A stretch of DNA of 24,000 bases, from the NCBI RefSeq assembly GCF_035607555.1, contig NZ_JAVHWZ010000003.1:156018-180017 (forward strand), in the 5' to 3' direction. Of the stretch, positions 1 to 6,941 are shown in pieces. Source of the stretch: Candidatus Bealeia paramacronuclearis. GTDB taxonomy: Bacteria > Pseudomonadota > Alphaproteobacteria > UBA9655. Each line of letters starts with the position of its first letter. The first letter of the stretch is position 1. Below the pieces are notes generated by a model. The model ran no database searches. It worked only from the letters and a program-made list of their open reading frames with translations, and had not been told where the DNA came from. The translations under genes were made by a program, and so were the position numbers.

Positions 1-1189
1 GCCCAGGGGCCCCCATACGACCCGTTTCACCCACAGAGTAGGGAGGGAAGTTGTAATGCAGCATGAAATGCTCGCGATATTCACCTTCAATGGAATCGAT
101 GAGTTGTTCGTCACTGGCAGTTCCCAAAGTGGTCACCACAATAGCTTGTGTTTCACCGCGTGTGAAAAGTGCGCTGCCATGTGTACGGGGAAGAATACCC
201 ACTTCGCATACGATAGGACGAATGGTTTTTGTGTCGCGCCCATCAATGCGCATTCCAGTTTTCAAAATGTCACCACGGACAAGATCTTTTTCCAAATCTT
301 TAAAACAAGAGTAGGCCAAACTTCCGTCAAAACCTTCTTCGATTAAAGCTTCGATCGTTTGGCTTTTCACAAGGGTTAGTTTTTCATGGCGTGCTTGCTT
401 TTCCTGAATTTTATAAGCTGCAACGAGTTCTTCTTGGCAAAGTTCTGTCATGCGCGCAACAAGCTTTGGCAATTCAGGATTGCTTACAGGAAGATCCCAA
501 GGATCTTTCGCACATTTTTCAGCCAAACGGATGATGGCATCAATTACGGGTTGGAAAGACTGATGTCCAAAGTTCACAGCCCCTAACATTTGAGCTTCTG
601 AGAGTTCTTTGGCTTCAGATTCCACCATCAAAACGCCTTCACGTGTTCCTGCAACAACGAGGTTCAACAAAGACTCTTGTTGTTGATCAAGCGTTGGATT
701 GAGCACATATTCGCCATTAATGAGGCCGACGCGAGCTCCGGCAATAGGACCTAAGAAAGGCACGCCAGAAATTGTCAATGCCGCGGATGCACCTACAATA
801 GCTGCAATGTCCGGTGTGTTTTCCATGTCATGGCTTAAAACCGTGCAAATAATTTGTGTGTCATTCAAGAAATTATTAGGGAAAAGCGGGCGAATGGGTC
901 TATCGATAAGGCGAGAAATCAAAGTCTCACGATCGCTGGGTTTGGTCTCGCGCTTGAAAAATCCACCAGGAATTTTACCAACAGCATAAGTTTTTTCTTG
1001 ATAATGCACCGTGAGGGGGAAAAAGGACGCATCCGGTGCCGCCTTTTTGGCTGCAACCACTGTACAGAGGACGACTGTGTCTCCATAACTGACAACAACA
1101 GCTCCGTCCGCTTGACGCGCGATTTTCCCTGTTTCCAGAACCAGCTTTTGGCCAGCCCATTCTAATTCTTCACGATAGACATTAAACAT
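1..1189 (-). CDS. pnp: Polynucleotide phosphorylase (PNPase), N-terminal ~396 codons; the 3' end runs off the window
   Basis: My own minus-strand translation from the ATG at 1189 gives [41 protein letters not shown]...[26 protein letters not shown]...[19 protein letters not shown]. These are classic PNPase RNase-PH domain motifs. It lies downstream of rpsO as in the conserved rpsO-pnp unit. It is missing from the ORF track only because there is no stop codon inside the window. Confidence 0.93.
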   Translation of the reverse strand, partial: MFNVYREELEWAGQKLVLETGKIARQADGAVVVSYGDTVVLCTVVAAKKAAPDASFFPLTVHYQEKTYAVGKIPGGFFKRETKPSDRETLISRLIDRPIRPLFPNNFLNDTQIICTVLSHDMENTPDIAAIVGASAALTISGVPFLGPIAGARVGLINGEYVLNPTLDQQQESLLNLVVAGTREGVLMVESEAKELSEAQMLGAVNFGHQSFQPVIDAIIRLAEKCAKDPWDLPVSNPELPKLVARMTELCQEELVAAYKIQEKQARHEKLTLVKSQTIEALIEEGFDGSLAYSCFKDLEKDLVRGDILKTGMRIDGRDTKTIRPIVCEVGILPRTHGSALFTRGETQAIVVTTLGTASDEQLIDSIEGEYREHFMLHYNFPPYSVGETGRMGAPG

Positions 1190-1245
1190 ATGTTTTCTTT
1201 TCCTTATGATTTTTTAAAAGCCCGAGACCTAAATTCGCCAAAAAA

Positions 1246-1515
1246 TTAACGACGGATCCCAAGGCGTTGAATGAGGTCTTGATAACGTGCGAGGCTTTTG
1301 CCTTTTACATAATCCAAAAGCTTACGACGACGGCTAACCATCATCAAAAGACCGCGGCGTGAGTGGAAATCCTTAACATGTGCTTGCATGTGTTGACTCA
1401 AAGAGTTGATACGCTCGGTCAAAATGGCCACTTGAACTTCAGGGGAACCTGTATCAGTTTTATTGGTGGCGTAGGATTTAATAACTTCTTGTTTCTTTTC
1501 TGCAGTAATCGACAT
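1246..1515 (-). CDS. rpsO: 30S ribosomal protein S15
   Basis: [15 protein letters not shown]...[20 protein letters not shown]...[12 protein letters not shown] is a typical 89-aa S15. I prefer the ATG at 1515 (preceded by AAGGTAAAGAG) over the TTG at 1530 used by the ORF track, which sits 1 nt from the truB stop. Confidence 0.95.
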   Translation of the reverse strand: MSITAEKKQEVIKSYATNKTDTGSPEVQVAILTERINSLSQHMQAHVKDFHSRRGLLMMVSRRRKLLDYVKGKSLARYQDLIQRLGIRR

Positions 1516-1531
1516 CTCTTTACCTTTCAAA

Positions 1532-2449
1532 TTAGATGTTAAAAATACGATAAGGCTTCAACGCTCCTTCGTGATACAGTGCCAGGCCCAGGGGCTCGGA
1601 TGTTTGCGTTTTTACAAACACGGTCGCATCTTCGGGATAAGACAAATTTGGCCTTGAAATAGACTGACCTTGTCTCAATCGTCTCGCCTCATCATCCAAC
1701 ACTTCAACGGCCAGGATGTCGTCCAGCACCGACTGAAGTGGAAGAATGGCATTATTAATTTCTGCTTTATGCCCCAATTCCAGATAAGAATCTAGCAAAA
1801 AAGCATTCTGGACTAAAAAAGGACCCACTTGCGTTCGTCTTAACTGAATAAGATGTCCCCAAGATCCCAATTTCCGGGCAATGTCCCTCCCTAAACTTCT
1901 TACATAAGTCCCTTTGCCGCAGATGACTTCAAATTGAAATTCATCCGCATTATTTTGGGATAAAAGCCTCAGACTTTCAATATAGATCTCCCGTGGAGGA
2001 AGATCCAGGACTGCCCCAGCCCTCGCCAATTCATAGGCCCGTTTGCCTTGAATTTTGAGAGCTGAATAGGCTGGAGGGATTTGTTGGAGGTGTCCTAAAA
2101 ATTCAGGGAGTATTTTTGCGATGTCTTCTCCCGTGAGCCTAACGGGTGAAGTTCGTGTGACTTCCCCTTCCGTATCTTCAGTTGTAGTTTCTTCTCCAAA
2201 TTTGAGAGTGAATTGATACGTTTTTAGGCCGTCCATCCCAAAAGAAATCACTTTTGTGGCTTCCCCTAAAGCCAGGGGAAGAAGACCCGTTGCAAAAGGA
2301 TCGAGTGTTCCCGCATGTCCAATTTTTTGCGGCCTCAATTTGCGCTTGAGCTTTGTAACCACATCCGTCGAAGTTAGCCCCACAGGTTTGTCGATCAAAA
2401 CCCATCCATTGATGACATTTCGCCCACCCTGACCATTTGCATTTTGCAT
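1532..2449 (-). CDS. truB: tRNA pseudouridine(55) synthase TruB
   Basis: 305-aa ORF with [17 protein letters not shown]...[23 protein letters not shown] (catalytic Asp motif) and [14 protein letters not shown]. It sits in the truB-rpsO-pnp order. Confidence 0.93.
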   Translation of the reverse strand: MQNANGQGGRNVINGWVLIDKPVGLTSTDVVTKLKRKLRPQKIGHAGTLDPFATGLLPLALGEATKVISFGMDGLKTYQFTLKFGEETTTEDTEGEVTRTSPVRLTGEDIAKILPEFLGHLQQIPPAYSALKIQGKRAYELARAGAVLDLPPREIYIESLRLLSQNNADEFQFEVICGKGTYVRSLGRDIARKLGSWGHLIQLRRTQVGPFLVQNAFLLDSYLELGHKAEINNAILPLQSVLDDILAVEVLDDEARRLRQGQSISRPNLSYPEDATVFVKTQTSEPLGLALYHEGALKPYRIFNI

Positions 2450-2499
2450 ATTAAAACCTTTTTACACATTTTAAAATCACTCAAAAACCATCATCTCGA

Positions 2500-2531
2500 G
2501 CATTCAAAAGCAACTTTATACTTTTGAATGC
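2500..2531. repeat. Perfect 11-bp inverted repeat (GCATTCAAAAG / CTTTTGAATGC) with a 10-nt spacer, upstream of truB and 31 bp from the IS left end
   Basis: Read directly from the sequence. No flanking T- or A-tract on either strand, so it is not a canonical intrinsic terminator. Function unknown. Confidence 0.4.
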
Positions 2532-2562
2532 TTGCAATGACAATGGAGATTGCTTGGATCAC

Positions 2563-3782
2563 CAGGGCCACCTCATGAAAAAAAATAGCTAAGAGATAGA
2601 AAAAATGAGAGCCTACCTGAAAAAAACAGGAGGTAGAAATGGGAATAGAAGTTGAAATTAGTCTTTTAGATCATTTTAAAGATATAGAAGATCCAAGGTC
2701 TGAGCGTAATCGAGACTACACAATGTCAGAAATACGCCTTGTCACTCTGTGCGCTGTAATATCTGGAGCAGAAGGATGGCAGGATGTTGAAGACTTTGGA
2801 AAGGCAAAGATTGACTACCTTCGTCAATTCTTACCTTACAAGAACGGAATTCCCAGCGATGATACCTATCGTCGATTTTTTAGAGCAATAGATCCCAAGG
2901 AATTTCAAGAGCTGTTTCGAAGTTGGGTCGAAAGTCTTAAATCTCAAATGCAAAAGAAAGTTATTGCTATCGATGGAAAATCATCACGGCATAGCTTTGA
3001 TGAGGGAACTGATATGTTACATATGGTTAGCGCTTATGCGTCAGAAGCCAGATTGGTGTTAGCGCAGGAAAAAGTCTCAGAAAAAAGCAATGAAATCACA
3101 GCGATTCCTAAGCTTTTGGAATGGTTAGACCTGAGAGGAACAACAGTCACCATTGATGCAATGGGATGTCAATATGACATTGCCGATCAAATCATTCAGA
3201 AAGAGGGAAACTATATTTTTTCTTTAAAAGGAAATCAGGGAACTCTTTGCGAAGATGTAACAACCTGCTTGAGTGATAGCGAATTGAAAACAATTAACAA
3301 TATCAGCTCTTTTAAGGATTACGATAAAGGTCATGGCCGCCTTGAGACAAGGCAATGTTGGGTCACACATGATGTGGCCTGGCTGCGAGAGCGGCATCCT
3401 CATTGGAGCTCAATTCATAGTATCATTCGTATTGATTCTAAACGAGAAACCAAAGATAAAACCACTTACGAAACACGATATTATATCTCTTCTCTCCAAG
3501 AAACTCCTCAGAAGGTCCTGGGGGCTATTCGAAGTCATTGGGAGATAGAAAATAATCTTCATTGGGTTTTAGACATGTCTTTTGGAGAAGATCAATCTCG
3601 CATCAGGAAAGAAAACGCCCCTCAAGTTATGGCTATTATTCGACATATGGCTTTAAATCTTTTACAGCTTACCAAAGATAAAATGAAGCGTCAGTCTATT
3701 AAAAGGCTTAGAAAAATGGCCGGTTGGGATGACAACATCCTTTCCAATATCCTCACTCAAAAATTTTCATGAGGTGGCCCTG
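2563..3782 (+). mobile_element. ISAs1-family insertion sequence, apparently intact (1220 bp)
   Basis: Perfect 19-bp terminal inverted repeats: CAGGGCCACCTCATGAAAA at 2563-2581 and its reverse complement at 3764-3782. They bracket a single 377-aa transposase ORF. Size and one-ORF layout fit the ISAs1 family. I could not find a target-site duplication. Confidence 0.85.
2639..3772 (+). CDS. ISAs1-family (H-repeat-associated) DDE transposase
   Basis: The N-terminus LDHFKDIEDPRSERNRDYTMSEIRLVTLCAVISGAEGWQDVEDFGKAKIDYLRQFL...GIPSDDTYRRFFRAIDPKEF matches the DDE_Tnp_1-associated domain typical of ISAs1/YhhI-type transposases. The C-terminus has IRSHWEIENNLHWVLDMSFGEDQSR, the conserved DDE-domain E region. 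An AGGAGG Shine-Dalgarno precedes the ATG, and the stop codon lies inside the right inverted repeat (IRR). Confidence 0.9.
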   Translation: MGIEVEISLLDHFKDIEDPRSERNRDYTMSEIRLVTLCAVISGAEGWQDVEDFGKAKIDYLRQFLPYKNGIPSDDTYRRFFRAIDPKEFQELFRSWVESLKSQMQKKVIAIDGKSSRHSFDEGTDMLHMVSAYASEARLVLAQEKVSEKSNEITAIPKLLEWLDLRGTTVTIDAMGCQYDIADQIIQKEGNYIFSLKGNQGTLCEDVTTCLSDSELKTINNISSFKDYDKGHGRLETRQCWVTHDVAWLRERHPHWSSIHSIIRIDSKRETKDKTTYETRYYISSLQETPQKVLGAIRSHWEIENNLHWVLDMSFGEDQSRIRKENAPQVMAIIRHMALNLLQLTKDKMKRQSIKRLRKMAGWDDNILSNILTQKFS

Positions 3783-3944
3783 CTCAAGTTATGGCTATTA
3801 TTCGACATATGGCTTTAAATCTTTTACAGCTTACCAAAGATAAAATGAAGCGTCAGTCTATTAAAAGGCTTAGAAAAATGGCCGGTTGGGATGACAACAT
3901 CCTTTCCAATATCCTCACTCAAAAATTTTCATGAGGTGGCCCTG
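3783..3944 (+). repeat. Second, exact copy of the terminal 162 bp of the IS (tandem with 3621-3782), including a second IRR at 3926-3944
   Basis: A base-by-base comparison of 3621-3782 with 3783-3944 shows no mismatch. It encodes only the last ~50 codons of the transposase. Confidence 0.9.
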
Positions 3945-4106
3945 CCCTATCCCACCCAACTACATAAATTTTATTGAATTACAACGCTTATTTTGGCTTT
4001 CCCCTGCCTTTATAAGGCCTTTTCATTGGCAAGGGGTGTATTCTTTCAAATCTTTTCGTAAATCAATATACGTTTTGATCACAATATTTTTGTAAACGGT
4101 GAACCT

Positions 4107-4126
4107 CCACGGGGCAAGCCCCGTGG
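4107..4126. repeat. 20-nt palindromic hairpin element, copy 1 (CCACGGGGCAAGCCCCGTGG)
   Basis: 8-bp GC-rich stem with a CAAG loop. A related copy lies at 4200-4219. Confidence 0.6.
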
Positions 4127-4165
4127 TATCTCGTTGGACTAAAGGCCAAGTTCAAGCTGCGCTTG

Positions 4166-4189
4166 CCTCATATCACTAATTATATGAGG
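4166..4189. repeat. 8-bp inverted repeat CCTCATAT / ATATGAGG with an 8-nt loop
   Basis: Read directly. It is preceded by a short CAAGC-TGC-GCTTG hairpin at 4153-4165. Both belong to the hairpin cluster between the two palindrome copies. Confidence 0.45.
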
Positions 4190-4199
4190 GGCGCTTCAT

Positions 4200-4219
4200 C
4201 CATGGGACAAGCCCCATGG
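4200..4219. repeat. 20-nt palindromic hairpin element, copy 2 (CCATGGGACAAGCCCCATGG)
   Basis: It differs from copy 1 at 3 positions. Two of these (positions 4 and 17) are a compensatory C:G to T:A change that keeps the stem paired. It is followed by TTTTAT on the + strand and begins 2 nt after the stop of the minus-strand ORF 4222-4569. Confidence 0.6.
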
Positions 4220-4221
4220 TT

Positions 4222-4569
4222 TTATGCGCGTATAAAATCGGCTTTATTGACTTTTCCGATAACAACATGTTTGTGGGGATTTTTCCCATCTTGATGAGGG
4301 CCTGAGATAATTTTGCTCTCTGCTTGTACACACGCTGTTCCTTGTAATTTATAAAATTCTCTGGAAACAATTCCATCAAAATATTCAACATCCGTACAAA
4401 CATTTTGATGAATAAGCCTGTTGTTTCCATCTCTGACTTCACCAATTTCTGTTATTTTTCGGATACTGCGTGTGAAATCAAGATCATCTTTTGTCCAATA
4501 AATCGTAGCACTCAGATTTACGACACTAAAACTAAGGGCCAGAGACATAAATACTATTTTTTTCGTCAT
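4222..4569 (-). CDS. Hypothetical small secreted/periplasmic protein (115 aa, 2 Cys), no family recognised
   Basis: The ORF is intact. The internal start MTKKIVFMSLALSFSVVNLSA|TIYW has a typical signal peptide (KK n-region, hydrophobic core, LSA cleavage-like site). The 16 codons upstream in the ORF track look like a spurious extension. The mature part has two Cys (NVCTD, TACVQ). I recognise no motif. Confidence 0.55.
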   Translation of the reverse strand: MTKKIVFMSLALSFSVVNLSATIYWTKDDLDFTRSIRKITEIGEVRDGNNRLIHQNVCTDVEYFDGIVSREFYKLQGTACVQAESKIISGPHQDGKNPHKHVVIGKVNKADFIRA

Positions 4570-4678
4570 TTTGAATTCAGCTCTTTTTAATTCTTTTCTT
4601 AAAAAGAATAGGTGCACTTATGAATTCGAATCAAGGGGTGAAAAATTAAAATCATCTCACATTTCTTAATTTTAGCAC

Positions 4679-4707
4679 TTGAAAGTTATGCAAAGCCTGG
4701 ATATGTT
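4679..4707 (+). promoter_or_regulatory. Candidate sigma70-type promoter for tRNA-Ala (TTGAAA, 17 nt spacer, TATGTT)
   Basis: The -35-like hexamer is at 4679-4684 and the -10-like hexamer at 4702-4707, ending 16 nt upstream of the tRNA 5' end. This is a pattern match only. Confidence 0.3.
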
Positions 4708-4723
4708 TCATCTCATTAAAGTC

Positions 4724-4799
4724 GGGGTCATAGCTCAGCTGGGAGAGCGCTACGATGGCATTGTAGAGGTCGGCGGTTCGATCCCGCCTGGCTCCACCA
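4724..4799 (+). tRNA. tRNA-Ala (anticodon GGC), CCA encoded
   Basis: Hand-folded cloverleaf:
- Acceptor stem GGGGTCA/TGGCTCC, including the G3:U70 alanine identity pair.
- D arm GCTC-AGCTGGGA-GAGC.
- Anticodon arm CTACG-ATGGCAT-TGTAG (U33, GGC, A37).
- Variable loop AGGTC.
- T arm GGCGG-TTCGATC-CCGCC.
- Discriminator A, then CCA. Confidence 0.95.
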
Positions 4800-4832
4800 C
4801 TTTTCCTCAAAAATAGAATACATGAGGCCGTC

Positions 4833-5135
4833 ATGAACGAGATTGATTTCAGGGGGGTTGTACTGCCCTACATGGCGAAAATTCTAGATTTTTTTGAAAC
4901 GCACTATCCTGCCCTTGACATTGAAGATGAGGAAGATTCAATTACCATTGAACTTTCTGATCAGAGGCAATTCTTAATTAATATTCATCCCATCTCAAAG
5001 CAAATTTGGCTTTCCTCCCCGCTTTCAGGTGCGCATCACTATGCTTATAATGGGGAGACGCAAGATTGGATGGATACGCGAGTCGACCTTTCCCTTTTAT
5101 CTCAACTCAAGTCTGAACTTGAAGAAGTGGCCTAA
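4833..5135 (+). CDS. cyaY: Frataxin-like iron-sulfur cluster assembly protein CyaY
   Basis: 100 aa, with an acidic N-terminal half and ...ITIELSDQRQFLINIHPISKQIWLSSPLSGAHHYAY...DW, which matches the CyaY/frataxin signature (QIWL-SP-SG). GAGG lies 5 nt upstream of the ATG. Confidence 0.85.
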   Translation: MNEIDFRGVVLPYMAKILDFFETHYPALDIEDEEDSITIELSDQRQFLINIHPISKQIWLSSPLSGAHHYAYNGETQDWMDTRVDLSLLSQLKSELEEVA

Positions 5136-5138
5136 CTC

Positions 5139-6941
5139 ATGTTGCGCGAGCCTAGTTATGCGGAAGAAAATCAACTACCCTCCCGTGCACGTGCTCCCAT
5201 CCAAAGTCTTAAAAAATTAACCCCCTTTTTAAAGCCCTACCCCAAAATTATGATCTTGAGCTTTACTTCAATTTGCGTAGCCGCAGGAAGTGTGATTGCT
5301 GTAGGATCGGCGCTGAAATATCTTGTGGATTTTGGATTTAAAAATAACGGAAGCTCCCTTCTCACCTGGGCTATTTTAGTTCTTTTTTTGGTGATTATTG
5401 TGATGGCATGCGCCAGTTACATGCGACTTTATTATGTCTCGAATTTGGCAGAACATCTTGTTGCCGATATCAGAAAAGCTGTTTTCACTCATCTCATCAA
5501 ACAAGATGTGAATTTTTTTGAATCCACACGATTAGGCGAAATTCAATCGCGATTGACAACCGACACAACGCTTCTTCAAATTGTGATGGGGACCTCAATC
5601 CCTGTGGCGATTCGCAATATTCTGATTATTATTTTTGGAATTGGAATGCTGATGACCACCAGTCTTTTGCTTTCTGTTGTGATTTTGGTTTTAATTCCTG
5701 TTGTATTGATCCCCATTATTCTTTACGGAAAAAAGGTACGAAAATTCTCGCGCAAAACCCAAGAGGAGACGGCAGAAATCTCAATCCGTCTTGATGAAAC
5801 TTTTGGCTTTATCAGAACTGTTTTTGCGTATTGCCGTGAAAAATATATGGCCATTTCATTTTCCGAGCATGTCACAAGGGCTTATGACGCCTCGATGGAG
5901 CGCGTTCAGGCCCGTGCACTTTTGACCGCTTTTGTAATGATTCTTGTCTTTTCTGGTGTGAGTGTTGTGTTATGGATCGGCGGACAAAAAGTCATTACAG
6001 GCGAGATGTCAGCAGGTGCCCTTTCAGCTTTTGTTTTTTATGCGGTAGCGGTGGCTGGCGCCTCTGGAAGTTTGAGTGAAATTCATGGAGATCTTTTGCG
6101 GGCTGCCGGAGGCTGTGATCGCATTATTGAGTTTTTAAACCTCAAATCTGAAATCCAATCCCCTTCTACACCTGCCCCTTTTCCGTCCCCTTTACGCGGC
6201 GAAATTAAGTTTGAGCGCATTACATTTACATATCCCGCACGTCCCGACAAAATGGTTCTCGAAGATTTCTCTTTGGACATTGCCTCAGGAGAAACGGTAG
6301 CCGTTGTAGGGCTTTCGGGGGCAGGAAAATCTACCCTCATCAGTTTGATCTTGCGTTTTTATGATCCTAAATTTGGACGTGTCACTTTGGACGGGGTTGA
6401 TATCCGAAGTTTGAATCTTGATGATTTAAGGCGACCCATGGGATATGTCTCTCAAGATCCCATTCTTTTCAGCACAACGATTTCTGAAAACATTCGCTTT
6501 GGAGATTTGAACGCCACACAAGACGACATCAGAAAAGCCGCTGAGGCCGCTTATGCCCTTGAATTTATAGAAAGCATGCCGCAAGGATTTGAGACTTTTG
6601 TAGGCGAAAAAGGGGTTCAACTTTCAGGCGGTCAACGTCAACGCATTGCGGTAGCGCGTGCGATTTTAAGAAATCCCCGCATCCTCCTTTTGGATGAGGC
6701 GACCAGTGCTTTGGATACTGAAAGCGAAGGGCATGTCCAAAATGCCCTCACGAAATTGATGGAAGGTCGTACAACGTTGATGATTGCCCATAGGCTTTCC
6801 ACCATTCGCCATGCGCATCGTATTATTGTACTTGATCAAGGTCGCATTGTGGCAGAAGGACCCCATGATCAACTTATGGCGCAAGAGGGGCTCTACCAGC
6901 GTTTGGCCAGCATCCAATTTCAATATGATGAGAAACCTTAG
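5139..6941 (+). CDS. ABC transporter, fused permease/ATPase half-transporter (ABCB/MsbA-Atm1-like exporter)
   Basis: 600 aa. The N-terminal region has six predicted TM helices. The C-terminal NBD has Walker A GLSGAGKST, the signature LSGGQRQRIAVARA, Walker B LLLDEATSALD and H-loop IAHRLST. Confidence 0.9.
   Translation: MLREPSYAEENQLPSRARAPIQSLKKLTPFLKPYPKIMILSFTSICVAAGSVIAVGSALKYLVDFGFKNNGSSLLTWAILVLFLVIIVMACASYMRLYYVSNLAEHLVADIRKAVFTHLIKQDVNFFESTRLGEIQSRLTTDTTLLQIVMGTSIPVAIRNILIIIFGIGMLMTTSLLLSVVILVLIPVVLIPIILYGKKVRKFSRKTQEETAEISIRLDETFGFIRTVFAYCREKYMAISFSEHVTRAYDASMERVQARALLTAFVMILVFSGVSVVLWIGGQKVITGEMSAGALSAFVFYAVAVAGASGSLSEIHGDLLRAAGGCDRIIEFLNLKSEIQSPSTPAPFPSPLRGEIKFERITFTYPARPDKMVLEDFSLDIASGETVAVVGLSGAGKSTLISLILRFYDPKFGRVTLDGVDIRSLNLDDLRRPMGYVSQDPILFSTTISENIRFGDLNATQDDIRKAAEAAYALEFIESMPQGFETFVGEKGVQLSGGQRQRIAVARAILRNPRILLLDEATSALDTESEGHVQNALTKLMEGRTTLMIAHRLSTIRHAHRIIVLDQGRIVAEGPHDQLMAQEGLYQRLASIQFQYDEKP

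Noticed and set aside
56-1165. Several 60-100-aa ORFs on the + strand (56-346, 63-314, 386-586, 699-989, 854-1165) and the 975-1160 minus-strand ORF
   Set aside because: All lie within the clearly conserved pnp coding region, either antisense or out of frame, and none has recognisable protein features.
1516-1530. TTG-initiated 5-codon extension of rpsO
   Set aside because: The ATG at 1515 gives the canonical 89-aa S15 with a purine-rich SD. The TTG sits 1 nt from the truB stop and has no SD.
3621-3944. Possibility that the 162-bp direct repeats represent a CRISPR-like or satellite array
   Set aside because: There are only two copies, they are contiguous with no spacer, and they are simply the terminal part of the IS including its inverted repeat.
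3945-4221. Known housekeeping RNA (SRP/4.5S, 6S, RNase P, tmRNA) in the largest intergenic gap
   Set aside because: The conserved SRP domain IV motif (GGAAGGAAGCAGC-like) is not present. The gap is too short for RNase P or tmRNA, and I recognised no family signature.
4200-4223. Hairpin 4200-4219 as the intrinsic terminator of the minus-strand secreted-protein gene
   Set aside because: On the minus strand the stem is followed by GAUGAAGCGC and not by a U-tract. The T-run is present only on the + strand, so the assignment to the minus-strand gene is unsupported. The hairpin is kept as an element of unknown role.
4176-4445. 89-aa minus-strand ORF overlapping the secreted-protein ORF, and the 61-aa + strand ORF at 4405-4590
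   Set aside because: These are alternative frames of the same locus. Neither has a signal peptide or SD, the 89-aa ORF runs through the palindromic hairpin, and the 4222-4569 frame is the more gene-like.
4724-4799. tRNA-Ala as the attachment site of an integrated island
   Set aside because: The accessory DNA lies on the 5' side of the tRNA, and no integrase gene is present. I did not spot any direct repeat of the tRNA 3' end in 2450-4720. The downstream side is core (cyaY).
4652-4834. 60-aa minus-strand ORF
   Set aside because: It is the reverse complement of the tRNA-Ala gene and its flanks. The tRNA cloverleaf fully explains this sequence.
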